A stretch of DNA of 64,000 nt from Paraspadella gotoi (GCA_051294375.1 CM119263.1:26693886-26757885), one strand, 5' to 3'; positions 38,531 to 51,043 are shown, counted from the stretch's first letter. Numbers and translations are program-made. Notes: a model not told the origin generated them from the sequence alone.

Positions 38531-41244
38531 TTTATTTTTTTTCTCTTTTCCTTCCACGCTGTAAATTCACATTTAATCGCCGCTTGCACGGTCAGCCCCC
38601 AGCTCCCTCTCACTCTCTCTCATCTTGTCTCTCCTCATCTCTCTTCTCTCTCTCTCTCTCTCTCGTCTTCTCTTATCTCTTTCTAATCTCTGCTTCGAGA
38701 GTAGGATTCCTCAATGAAAAAACTTGATCTATTACTTGATCTGAATCAGCCCCATAGTGAAGTGGGCCAATGTGCGCCATACCTTCATGCGCCGGCCTCT
38801 CATGGCCTGCATTAGCATATAGATTGTTCTCTCTCTCTCTCTTCCTCTGCGTCTTCCATTCGTTTTCTTTCTCACCTGCTCTGTCTCCCCTTCCGTCCCT
38901 CTGCTCTCTCTCTCCTCTCCTCTCTCTCTCTCGTCTCTCTATTTACTATTAAAGGCCCGAATTTGATCCATGTAACCATGAACTCCGTCGGGCAACCGTG
39001 ATCAACTTTCTTCAAACAGTTCTGGGTTGTGGCCAAAGCTCGTTCGGTTGTGGTCCGCACTGTGGTTCCGCTGTGGTCATCCAAGTCTCGACCAGCTGTT
39101 ACGTCCAGAGTCTATTTATTCTTTATAGCTAGAAATTCCCGCCAGGGATTTTTTCTTTGACCAAAGCCGCAGCCACTTAACTTGGATTTCCAAGAAATTC
39201 CCTTTTTCCCCCTTTTTTTTTCGTGAAGGAAAATGGATTCGACCAAACGCGAATTTGGTCGATAATTTGAAGTCAGTTGAGAATTAATGACTCTTTAATG
39301 CTATTATTAATTTTTTTAAACTTTCCCGCGCGATTCAGATCTTTTTTCGACGACCGACGTTGGCGACGTCGTTTCCCGTCCACAAAAATCAATCTTTTAA
39401 AATTCGCTTCGGGAAAATCTTTGCCGCAACGTTTCCGCAAGGTTGCTGCACGCGAAAAACTGGAATTAAGTTGAGCTTCATTTGTTTTTGAATATATTGG
39501 TTTTAGAGTTGATATTCCGTATATCGATCATTCAGATATTGTATTCGCAAATGTAAACTGTATTTTTTTAAAAACAATATATTCAACGTCAATATCCCCA
39601 TTATCCCCTTTGACTCTATCTCTATCTCGCATTTCAATTTCTTTCCAGTCTCAGGACGCAGAGACTTGCACTAAATTTCCAAGCGGGTGTCTTCTCTATC
39701 AGCGATTTCGACCATCAAATTTATTATACTTTAAAAACTGCGCAGAGATTGATCTATAAATTTAATTCATATAAAATAAAAAAGTGTAAAAAATACCAAT
39801 TTTAATGTAAAACAGTAAAAAGAAACTTTAGTCTCCTTGAGTCTACCTGTCATTGTTATTTCCATTATTCCTTTTTCTTACCTATTTTCTTTGACTTCCT
39901 CAACTTCTCCTTATCCCCTTTCTACATTTCTTCCTTACCTTTCCCAGCGTCTGCCTCACCCTCTCCTGCTCTCCCCAGCCTCATTCTTTTATGAAGTCGA
40001 TAAAACCTCATATATTCCTTCTTTCCTTCGTCGTCGTCGTCGTAGTCGTCGTCGTCGTCGTCGTCGTCGTCGTCTTCGGTATTTTCTCGAATCATCATTT
40101 TTCCTTTCATTCGATTTCTTCCTTTTCTTTTCCATTTTCTTTTCTTTTCTTTCTATTTCATCAGTTTTGTTCTTTCTCAGTCGCGATTTTTCTTTTTTCT
40201 CTTTCACATAAAATCGACTTTCGATCAATTTTTTTTCCGTGAAAAGAGAAGAAACGTTTTCTTTCTTTCGATCGTCGACCTTTTGACGCCTTTTGTTCGC
40301 GCGAATTTAGACAAATGAACAATGAGTATTCGTACCATTTAAGATTCATAATAAAAATATTTATTTACAACAAATCAAGTAATCAATTAGGTTTTGTTAT
40401 TGTTGCGGCATTGTCTTCTACGCTATTCTAAACATTGAATATAAATCCAATTATTCATTAAAATGTTCTTAACTAAAAGAATCCACTTTCAATATCTCGT
40501 TGTCCTCAGTATCCAATAATTGTGTCTGAGTCGGCGGCTCGTCATTCTCCGGCCGCGTAGCGTTATCTCGTCTTTGTGCTTTTTGTTCTTCACGATTCTA
40601 CACTATATGTTACGTCACGCTACGCTATTCATCGTTACTCTCATGCCTAATCCTGTCATTTATTTTGACGATTTTTCTTCGATACAAAAAAATTCCATTT
40701 TAAACGAAAACAATCATTTTAATTTATACACCCGACACCATCCAAACAAGATTCCACTAATCCTTATTTTTTTCCACCAAGACCTTCCCTCCATCCACCA
40801 ATACTCATGTCTCTTCTGCTTTTTTTTTTACGGACCAAATCATTTTTTTCCGGAACTTAATCTCAGGAATCGCTTTTTGGCTCCGGTCCATAAAAAGAAA
40901 AAAAAACTATGGTTCCATCTATTTGTCCTTCTTCCTGTTCCTCTCCCTCTTTTCCTTCCTCTACCTCCTCCTCCTCCTCCTCCTTCTCCTACTCCTTCTC
41001 CTCCTTACATTCTCTTTCTTTGAAACGAACGATCAATAACCAAGAAAATAATCAATCGCTTTTTACTGTCGTTTCTTCCTCCTTCATCTTTTTTTTCCGC
41101 CGCCTGCTTACTAAAGGTTACTCGCTTGCTTGCTTGCCTCTTTTTCTCGCTTGATTTTGTTCCTTTCTTTTCGGCTTATCGTTCTTTCTCGCTTTCTCCA
41201 TTTCTTTCTTTATTGTTTTCTTTCTCTATCTTTCTGTCTGTCTG

Positions 41245-41245
<1 letters not shown>

Positions 41246-41324
<79 letters not shown>

Positions 41325-41325
41325 T
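41246..41325 (+). repeat. (TTTC)n microsatellite
   Basis: About 20 tetramer copies; a similar tract lies at 57456-57541. Confidence 0.95.
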
Positions 41326-42284
41326 CCTCTATTCTTTTTTATTCTCTCGACCTCGAAGCGTCTTTTGTTTTTTCTTCCCGCGATAATCGCTTCGTGGGAT
41401 TCCCGCGAGGGGCGCGACCTTGAAGAGTCGCTTCTTCGTCGCCGACGCCTCTGGCGTCGGAACAAGGAAGGGAATAGAATTAGATATCGGAAGAGAAGAG
41501 ACCAAAATAGTAAGAGAGGAGAGAGAGAGGAGAAGAGCAGAGGACGGACGAGAGAGAGAGAGATAGAGACCGGAGAGAGAGAGATACTGAGAGGAGGACG
41601 AGAGAGAGAGACAGATGAACCGAAGAGAGAGAGAGAGAGAGGGAGAGAGAGAGCGTGAGAGAGAGAGAGAGAGATGAGAGAGAGAAAGAGAATCGAAATG
41701 GAAGAGAAAAAAGCGAAAGAGAAGAGCCATGAATAGCAAACAAAACAAAAATAAATTCGGGGAAAGGAAAAAAAAATCGGCGCTACGGAACCGAAGGGGA
41801 ATAATGTAAATATAAACAGAAGAAAACAAAAGGAAAACTGATTTGCGAGGAGGAAGCAAAAAAAAAAGGGGAAAAGAAAGGTAAAAAAAAAAGGAAAATA
41901 AGAAAGGAAAAGGAATAGGGAACGAAATCAGAGTAGGAAAAAGAAAAGATTGAAAGCGAACGGGCAAGGGAGAACGAAATCCTCCGAAGACAAATTTGAT
42001 TTGTGGTTCTAAAGCAAAACAGGCGGCGTAAAACAGGGAACTAATTGACAATTTGACATGTCGCAAAAATGTAAACAAATCGTTTTTCATCGACGTGGTC
42101 TTTATCTTCATCATCAGTGCCCTTTGACACACTTTTGATAGGAAGCGATGGAAAAAAGATAATATAATGAAAAAGCAGAAAATAACAATTCTTGGCTTTT
42201 TCCATTAAATTTGTATCATTTCAAATTTTCTTGAAATCTTATTTCAAAGCGACGGTTTGTTCTTTAACTTATCTTTTTAAATTC

Positions 42285-42447
42285 CTCTCTTCAAACTCTT
42301 CTCTTCAAACTCTTCTCTTTAAACTTCTCTTTTCTTTAAAGTCTTCTCTTTAACTCTTCCCTTTTAATTAAATTTTTTAAACTCCTATCTTTAAACTCTT
42401 CTCTTCAAACCCTTTTCCTTAAACTTTTCTCCTTAAACTCTTCTTTT
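42285..42447 (+). repeat. Degenerate ~14-bp tandem repeat (CTCTTCAAACTCTT)
   Basis: AAACTCTTCTCTT(C/T) units recur. Confidence 0.65.
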
Positions 42448-43356
42448 TTCAGGGAAACTTCACAAAACGCTTTTTGAGAAACGGATCGTCCAGNNNNNNN
42501 NNNNNNNNNNNNNNNNNNNNNNNNNNNNNNNNNNNNNNNNNNNNNNNNNNNNNNNNNNNNNNNNNNNNNNNNNNNNNNNNNNNNNNNNNNNNNNNNNNNN
42601 NNNNNNNNNNNNNNNNNNNNNNNNNNNNNNNNNNNNNNNNNNNNNNNNNNNNNNNNNNNNNNNNNNNNNNNNNNNNNNNNNNNNNNNNNNNNNNNNNNNN
42701 NNNNNNNNNNNNNNNNNNNNNNNNNNNNNNNNNNNNNNNNNNNNNNNNNNNNNNNNNNNNNNNNNNNNNNNNNNNNNNNNNNNNNNNNNNNNNNNNNNNN
42801 NNNNNNNNNNNNNNNNNNNNNNNNNNNNNNNNNNNNNNNNNNNNNNNNNNNNNNNNNNNNNNNNNNNNNNNNNNNNNNNNNNNNNNNNNNNNNNNNNNNN
42901 NNNNNNNNNNNNNNNNNNNNNNNNNNNNNNNNNNNNNNNNNNNNNNNNNNNNNNNNNNNNNNNNNNNNNNNNNNNNNNNNNNNNNNNNNNNNNNNNNNNN
43001 NNNNNNNNNNNNNNNNNNNNNNNTTTACAACTCTTGATTTCTGCTGAATCGAGACATATATATTTTACTTGTTATTTCTAGCTTTTCGTTTCGTTGCGTT
43101 TGAAAGTGAAATTGTTTATTTTGTTCACAGACATTTAAAAATAAAAACAAATCATTGTCTGTAAACAAAAAAAAACAATTTCACTTAATTGTAATATTTT
43201 ACTTATACAAAAGACAACAAAAAGCAGTTCTATCTTCAAAGAAAATCAAAAAAATCAAAAAGAAATTCTCGGGGAAAAAAGTCTTCGATTTTTCCGTCAG
43301 AAAAAAAGTTGCGGAAGTTTTTACGTCAAAGAATCGATTTTTGGTGAAATTTCGAT

Positions 43357-43870
43357 TTCTTTTCTTCATTTTGATTATCACTTCTTTCTTCTTTCTTTTC
43401 TTCATTTTATTATCACTTCTTTTATCTCTCTTTTCTTCATTTTGATTATCACTTCTTTCTTCTTTCTTTTCTTCATTTTGATTATCACTTCTTTCTTCTT
43501 TCTTTTCTTCATTTTAATTATCACTTCTTTTTTCTCTCTTTTCTTCATTTTGATTATCACCTCTTTCTTTTTTCTTTTCTTCATTTTGATTATCACTTCT
43601 TTCTTCTTTCTTTTCTTCATTTTGATTATCACTTCTTTCTTCTTTCTTTTCTTCATTTTGATTATCACTTCTTTCTTCTTTCTTTTCTTCATTTTTATTA
43701 TCACTTCTTTCTTCTTTCTTTTCTTCATTTTTATAATCACTTCTTTCTTCTTTCTTCTCTTCATTTTTATTATCACTTCTTTCTTATTTCTTCTCTTCAT
43801 TTTGATTATTACTTCTTTATTCTTTCTTTTCTTTATTTTTATTATCACTTCTTTCTTCATTCTTTTCTTT
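43357..43870 (+). repeat. 36-bp minisatellite, ~14 copies (ATTATCACTTCTTTCTTCTTTCTTTTCTTCATTTTG)
   Basis: Highly conserved 36-bp units; both strands translate into 12-aa repeats (IITSFFFLFFIL / KKEVIIKMKKRK). Confidence 0.95.
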
Positions 43871-44193
43871 TCACTTAACCAGGATTTTTCAAAAGCGGAA
43901 CATATAAAATTTTGATTCATTTTTTCTTTTTCTTTTCGACTGCATCATTCATCCATCCATAACATCGATTTATCAATCGTCTTCACCGTCGTTTTTATCG
44001 TCGTCGTCTTCTTCCTCTTCCTTTTCGTCGTCGTCGTCGTCGTCGTCGTGATCATCGACTCTTCCTTTACTCACCCTCCCTTACCGACTTTCGCCGACTG
44101 GCGATCATCATCATCATCATCATCATCTTCGTCTTCGTCGTCGTTCGCCTTTGAGGTGATAACGTTTCTCATCAGTCTTTTCTGGGGGGCTTT

Positions 44194-44234
<41 letters not shown>

Positions 44235-45115
44235 ATTGTCCTCTAAAAAGCCATATTCGATCATTGTCATCATTTTGGTCTCCATAGTCATTTTTCAATT
44301 TTTTTTAAAAAGAAATTTCCAATTTTAATAAAAAAAACTAAAAAAAAGAAACTTTTNNNNNNNNNNNNNNNNNNNNNNNNNNNNNNNNNNNNNNNNNNNN
44401 NNNNNNNNNNNNNNNNNNNNNNNNNNNNNNNNNNNNNNNNNNNNNNNNNNNNNNNNNNNNNNNNNNNNNNNNNNNNNNNNNNNNNNNNNNNNNNNNNNNN
44501 NNNNNNNNNNNNNNNNNNNNNNNNNTTTAATTCGCGGAGAGGGGAGAAAAAATGTAAATTTAAACTGCCTACGCAATAAGGATCGAAACGTGAGCCAAAT
44601 TCAAAGGACCCGTAATTAGGACCTTTTTAATTAGGACCTTTTCTCCGCCCGTCGGAAATTCATTCTCTTTTTATTATGGATGGGGGGATTTTTTCGAAAA
44701 ATAAATAAAAGATCGCAAATAACGAAATGAATTGGATAAATGAAAGAAAAGATCCGCTTTCTTTGTTCTTTTATGATTTTGTTTGATTTTAAATGTTTAT
44801 TAGTTCGATGATATCATTCCGTTTTTGTTTTTTATTCTGATTTAGGCCTTCATCAACTAGACGCCTCGACTTTAAACGTTCAGATATACGTAGTATCTTG
44901 CGTACATCGCCCCCTAGCGAATAAATCTTTGAAAGGCCGTCTTGCTTTTATTTAAAATAAGTTTGTACTACAGTAAAAGTCGCATGTTTCTTGAATACTG
45001 TATTCTTATTGAGGGAAAACATTTCTTCCGCTCCACTTAGTTTTCGGTAAGGATGGAATTTTTCGCGATTTGAGAATTGAACCGTAAAAACTTGGTTATT
45101 AAATCGAGTATTGAG

Positions 45116-45480
45116 GCGAACCTGATTATTCAGAGGGACAAACTTTGTCCGAACCTGATTATTCAGAGGGACAAACTTTGTCCGAACCTTATTATTCAGA
45201 GGAACACACTTTTTCCGAACCTTATTATTCAGAGGGATAAACTTTGTCCGAACCTTATTATTCAGAGGAACAGACTTTTTTCCGAACCTGAATATTCAAA
45301 GGGACAAACTTTGTCCGAACCTGAATATTCAAAGGGACAAACTTTGTTCGAACCTGATTATTCAGAGGGACAAACTTTGTCCAACCCGAATATTCAAAGG
45401 GACAAACCTTGTTCGAACTTGATTATTCAAAGGGACAAACTTTGTCCGAACTTGATTATTCAGAGAAACAAACTTTGTCG
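45116..45480 (+). repeat. 33-bp minisatellite, ~11 copies (CCGAACCTGATTATTCAGAGGGACAAACTTTGT)
   Basis: Contiguous 33-bp units with no spacers and a few 1-bp indels that shift the frame (PNLIIQRDKLC becomes SEPEYSKGQTL). Confidence 0.95.
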
Positions 45481-47338
45481 CAATGAACAAAGTCATCGAA
45501 GGGAATTTTTTTCTTGAGACGAAGAGTTTCGTTCTTCCGAATTTCCCGGCGTCCAAACTTCGGGTTAATTACTCAGTGTTTGACGGTCGAGAGTAATAAC
45601 TATCTTTNNNNNNNNNNTCTTTTCGGACCTGAGGCCCGAGATGATACTCAGAACATCCTCTCTCTCTCTCTCTCTCTCNNNNNNNNNNNNNNNNNNNNNN
45701 NNNNNNNNNNNNNNNNNNNNNNNNNNNNNNNNNNNNNNNNNNNNNNNNNNNNNNNNNNNNNNNNNNNNNNNNNNNNNNNNNNNNNNNNNNNNNNNNNNNN
45801 NNNNNNNNNNNNNNNNNNNNNNNNNNNNNNNNNNNNNNNNNNNNNNNNNNNNNNNNNNNNNNNNNNNNNNNNNNNNNNNNNNNNNNNNNNNNNNNNNNNN
45901 NNNNNNNNNNNNNNNNNNNNNNNNNNNNNNNNNNNNTCCCTCTCCTTCCATCCAACCCACTCCCTCTCCGTCGTTGTCCCAATTCCCTTAACCGAACAAG
46001 TTTTCTTTTTTCCAACTTTTTCTCTCCTTTTTCTTTCAAAATCGACGAAAAATTTTCCGCTTCATTGACCCAAAGAAATTCCGACCTTTTAAGATTTGTC
46101 TCGTTTTCGAGTTGAAGTCACGTGACAAATAAATCACGTGATCGAGGAAAAACCCAACGAACTGAAACGAAAGCAAAATCTTCGCCTAATCTATTTCTTT
46201 TTTTTTTCTTTTTCAAGTTCTTGATCGAAGGCCGATCTTTTTCTTTTCTTTTTCTTTTTCTTTTTCTTTTCTTTTTTTTTTTTTTTTTGAATGCGACCGA
46301 TTAAACACGATTTTCCTACATTTTGACTTAAAATCGATATTCATAATTTCATATGAATGTAATTTTTGTTTAAATTCGATGTCTTTTCTTTTTCTTTTCT
46401 TTTCTTTTCTTTTCTTTTNNNNNNNNNNNNNNNNNNNNNNNNNTTTTCTTTTCTTCTTTTCTTTTCTTTCTTTCTTTTCTTTTCTTTTCTTTTCTTTTCT
46501 TTCTTTCTTTCTTTTCTTTTCTGTTCTTTTCTTTTCTTTTCCTTTCCTTTCCTTTCCTTTCCTTTCCTTTCCTTTCCTTAACTTTCTTTTCCTTTCCTCT
46601 CCTTACCTCACCCTTTCTTTCGTTTCCTTCCCTTACTTTTCTGCTGGACTTAAAACATTTTTTTTTCAGTAGTCCTATCTCTAATAATAATCTCCCTGCT
46701 TTACCCTGATTCATTCCACGATCACTCCTTTCAACACTCTAATTTTTCATGCTCCAGTCAACAGCCTAGAGTTAGACCCACTACCCTTGACTCCATTCAG
46801 TAGCTCCTTTCGGCGCAAGAATTCTTTCCGATTCTTTGGCTTCTTTTAAAATTCGGCCCTCGATTCAATTTCTTTCTCGATAAAAAAATCCTTGATTTCT
46901 TTTTTCCATCCTTCCTTCCATCCTTAAATCGTACTATATTTTTAAGTTCACTTACTTTACCTTACCTCATCTTTTTCCCACTGTGCCTTCCTACTTTCTC
47001 CCCTCATTTTTTCACCTTTTTCTCCTCCTTCCTTTCCTCCCCTTACCCCTTCTTCCTCTCTTCCTCTTTTCTCCACCTGAACTATTTCCCTCTCTCAAAA
47101 TCCCTTCCTTTTTTTCGCGCCCTTCTTTTTTCAAAGATAATTCGGGTTTTCTCACTTGGATTTTTTTTCTTCAGTCGACTTTTCCTTCTTCTTTTAAATC
47201 CTTTTCTTGATCCCTAATCCCTTTCCTTATTCTCCCATTTCACCTTACTTATCTCCCCCATACTCTAGTTTTATCTCTAATCTTCTTTGTCTCCATCTTC
47301 CCCTTTTTATACTGTAAGATTTTCAATCACTTTTCCCT

Positions 47339-47460
47339 CTATCCCCTTTCTCCGTTCTCATTTCTATCTTCCCCTTTCTCCGTCTCATTTCTATCTTCCC
47401 CTTTTTCCGTTCTCATTTTATCTTCCCCTTTCTCCGTTCTATTTTATCTTCCCCTTTCCC
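47339..47460 (+). repeat. ~27-28 bp pyrimidine-rich tandem repeat, ~4 copies (ATCTTCCCCTTTCTCCGTTCTCATTTCT)
   Basis: Units are directly visible. Confidence 0.8.
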
Positions 47461-47779
47461 CCCCAACTTTCCCTTCCACCTTCCCCGCTGTTCTCTCCCC
47501 CCATCTCATCCCACATCTCAACCAGCCCTAATTGCCAATTATCTCCACGCTTGCCCCAAATTTCTCTCGGAATACGAGAAATAAAAAAAAAGATAAAGAT
47601 ATGCGCAACAACAGTTGTCGTCGTCGTAATTATCGTCGTCGTCGCCTCCGCTTTATTGGAATCTCTTTCTCGTCATCTCTTTTTCTTCTTTTTTTCTTTT
47701 TTCTCGTCATCTTCGTCTCTGTCATATTTGAAGTCGCCCGCATATCCTATTGTATTTCGATTACCGCCACCGCGATCAA

Positions 47780-47819
<40 letters not shown>

Positions 47820-48129
47820 TTATTCTTCTCTCTCATCGCGGCGTCTCATTGAGCTCAGATTTCCTTCGTCGTCGTTTCATCGTTTCTCACTGTCCTCGCT
47901 TTTCCCACATTTTCAAACCCTTGACCTTCGTCGTTCACAATTCGCACCCCCCATCACTCTCACACCACCCGTCGATCGTTTCCCAGCCTCCCATGACACT
48001 CCATCCTCGTTTCTTCTCACAGCGGTGCTCGCGCGAACGACCCTCCCCTCTCTCTCTCTCTCTCTCTTTTTCTATTTCTCTCTCTCTCCCCTTCTCCAGC
48101 CTCGTATTCCCAGGTGATCGGATGCCAGG

Positions 48130-48945
48130 TTCTCGATTGGCTCCTCATTTTCCGTAAATTCTCCACCCGATTGGTCGAGAGGTCTTCGCGACGCGTTTGG
48201 TCGAATCTTGCGATCCGGCCCGTGATTGGTCGACGGTTCTCGCGCTTCTTCCGAGTAAATAATCGTCGGATTCTCTTTCGCTCTTTTTTTTTTTCTCGGA
48301 GTATCGCGATTGTGCATCTCGCCTTTAAATTCTCTCGCGCGAGAATTCGAATTTTTTGGGTTAAATCTTCGATTGTGAATAAAAACAACTTATGGCATCT
48401 GTATCAAATTTTACGATTTAATTCCGTTATCACAAAAATATATTTTACCTAGTATTTCTTTAGCTAAATCAATATCCGCGATCAAACTCCTCCCCTTTAA
48501 ATCGGGTAGCGTCGCGCCCCGCCCACGCCAACGCGGAGATGCGCGGGTAACAAAGTCTCCCCACATTTGAACAGCGATTCGAATCTGCGTGAAATTGTTC
48601 TTTTTAATATTTCGTCGCCGTCGTCATCTTACTTCTTATTGTCGTTTAACATTTAGTGAAAATCCCCGACAATTCTCTCAACGTCTCTCTCTCCCTCTTT
48701 TGACGTCACCGCCCAAAAAAAGGTGGCGTCTTTGATTAGCGGCGCCATCTTCGGTCGCCAGCGTCGCGGAAATCCTCAGTGGGATCGAATATTTCTGAAA
48801 GTAAATTTTGATTAAATGAACAAACCGACTCCATGTTTAAACTGTACAGAAAATAAACAAAAGCGCGTAAGAAAAAAGTAAACAAAGAAAATAAACAAAG
48901 AAATTAAAACATAATCTTCGGATCTAAATAAAAATTCTAGCCGCC
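48130..48945 (+). promoter_or_regulatory. Candidate CpG-rich (internal) promoter / 5' region of a LAR-family transcript
   Basis: Three inverted CCAAT boxes (ATTGG 48136, 48170, 48225), GC box GCCCCGCCCAC 48516-48526, CRE TGACGTCA 48701-48708, YY1-like CGCCATCTT 48743-48751 and three forkhead RTAAACA sites (48853, 48878, 48891), followed by GCCGCCATGG at 48940-48949. The motifs are seen in sequence; promoter function is inferred. Confidence 0.45.
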
Positions 48946-49001
48946 ATGGCTTCTCGCCTTTCCCTCAATCATGCACATATCTCACCCAAGACGTCGAAAA
49001 A

Positions 49002-49038
<37 letters not shown>

Positions 49039-49255
49039 CCTCGCCCCTTCACCCCGCTCGCCTCTTCGTCCAGACGATTTATCGAAAATCAAAAGGCGCG
49101 GCGGCGAAAAACCGCCGACGCCGCCGTTCGATGGCGACGACGCCCTCGAACGCCGGCGTCGTCTCCGTGGCCGCCGCCGACGCCGCTAGTGGCGCTCGTG
49201 ACGCTAACGACGCTATTGACGTTGACGTTTCTCCCCCTGTCCGATTGTTTCGTAG
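48946..49255 (+). CDS. Putative alternative N-terminus (poly-Ala, Arg-rich n-region, signal-peptide-like segment) in frame with the LAR FN3 exon
   Basis: ATG in GCCGCCATGG with 103 stop-free codons reading into VPEEPRR. Hydrophobic LVALVTLTTLLTLTFLPL (aa81-98, 49186-49239) is followed by S-D-C|F, which fits the -3/-1 small-residue rule. Confidence 0.5.
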
Positions 49256-49374
49256 TTCCGGAGGAGCCGAGGAGAGTTCGACTCCGCGCCATCAACTCGA
49301 CGGCGATCCACATCTCGTGGCGGCCCCCGCGGGACCCGAATAACGTCATACAGGGATATCAAATCCACTATCAG
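49256..49374 (+). CDS. Lar: LAR-family receptor protein tyrosine phosphatase, FN3 (FN5-like) domain exon A: (V)PEEPRRVRLRAINSTAIHISWRPPRDPNNVIQGYQIHYQ
   Basis: Branch-like GCTAAC at 49203-49208, pyrimidine tract, TAG acceptor at 49253-49255 and donor CAG|GTCAGT at 49375; 119 nt, phase 1 to 0. The peptide matches the FN3 N-half and resembles LAR FN5 as recalled (human ...LNSTA..V.W.....G.IRGYQV.Y; fly VPGDPQDVKATPLNSTSIHVSWKPP...IIRGYHIH). Confidence 0.9.
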
Positions 49375-50278
49375 GTCAGTTTTGAAACAAAAAAAAATGT
49401 GTTAATTTAAATATTAAGTTCTCTGAGAATTAATAAATTGAACTGAGAAAGAGAGAGATTGTGTATTAACGCGGAGTAAATATTATAAAAAGAAACTTAA
49501 ATTGAAACTCTAAAAGTAAGCTTAAATATTTGGATATTTTTTTTACTTAAAATGTATTAATTTCTCAGCTTTGGGCCCTGCGGCGACAGTTTCAAAGAGT
49601 TTTTCAAGTTGGAAAAAATTTTCTTGGTCGGAAGATTCCAGAAAGAAAGTATTTAATTGATGATCAATTTGATCAAGTAGATAATTTTGGTTTTNNNNNN
49701 NNNNNNNNNNNNNNNNNNNNNNNNNNNNNNNNNNNNNNNNNNNNNNNNNNNNNNNNNNNNNNNNNNNNNNNNNNNNNNNNNNNNNNNNNNNNNNNNNNNN
49801 NNNNNNNNNNNNNNNNNNNNNNNNNNNNNNNNNNNNNNNNNNNNNNNNNNNNNNNNNNNNNNNNNNNNNNNNNNNNNNNNNNNNNNNNNNNNNNNNNNNN
49901 NNNNNNNNNNNNNNNNNNNNNNNNNNNNNNNNNNNNNNNNGCGAAGAAAAAAAAGACGTGACATCACAAGGACGAATCTCATTGAGTCGATGAATCAAAG
50001 ATTCACAAAAAGAAACGATGTGATTTTTGTCGCTCGATATTCATTTCGTCACTGAGTGACAAGTGACGTGAGATGAATAACAATATAAGGATAATGAATT
50101 AAATTAGACATAATGAAATGTATAATTATTGATAAACGAATAAACGTGCCCGTTCATGAGCCAAAAAAATCGTTATCATCGAAGAAAAGGAAATTTTGGC
50201 AAAAATAACAACGACGACGACGACGATGACATAAGAAGTTAATCAGATTTTGCGCCGATCTCGTTTTTCTCAGAGGAC

Positions 50279-50327
<49 letters not shown>

Positions 50328-50966
50328 AGAGAGGAGAGAGAGAGAGAGAGAGAGAGAGTGCATCGATGAGTTGGACAAGACTCTTGACGAAGAGCGGCGA
50401 GTCATTCTCAAGCTTTAAGAAGGAATAGGGAATCATGGGAAGAGAAAGAAGAGTAAGAGAGGGAGAGAAACAAGTTGGAAAGAGGAGGAAGTAGATATGA
50501 TCTGAGATAACGTGAGATAACGAGAAAAGAGAGTTCAAACGTGAAAAGAGTGAAACAGTTTGGTTAAAAAAAGATGAAAGGACAATAAGTCTTTTAAAAA
50601 TTTACATAAAAAAGAGAGGAAAACCTGTAAAAAAAGAAAAGCTAAGGTGCAGCAAGCGAAGACGGATTTGGTGTCAAGAGAGGTTAAGGGCGTAAAGAAG
50701 AAAATGATAGAAAGAAAAAGGCGACGCGTCTCGACCTATTTTCGCGCGGGAGAAGAACAATCTGACTCAAGGTTATCGGCAACATTTTCTATGGAGACAA
50801 TGCGAGTGTAAATGCTAAGTTCCGCCATATTTCCGGGAGCCATATTTATTGCCTTCTGAGATGCAGCAGTTAAAGAAATCTTCTTTTGTGAACTGAAAGT
50901 ACAACGTCGTGTAATAATAACACGGAATGGCACTCCATTGTCAACTGCGAACCCTGGGAACCTTTT

Positions 50967-51006
<40 letters not shown>

Positions 51007-51012
51007 CTCTTC

Positions 51013-51043
<31 letters not shown>

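Noticed and set aside
45116-45480. 33-bp repeat array as a CRISPR array or repeat-protein gene
   Set aside because: The units are contiguous with no unique spacers, there are no cas genes, the context is eukaryotic, and 1-bp indels shift the reading frame.
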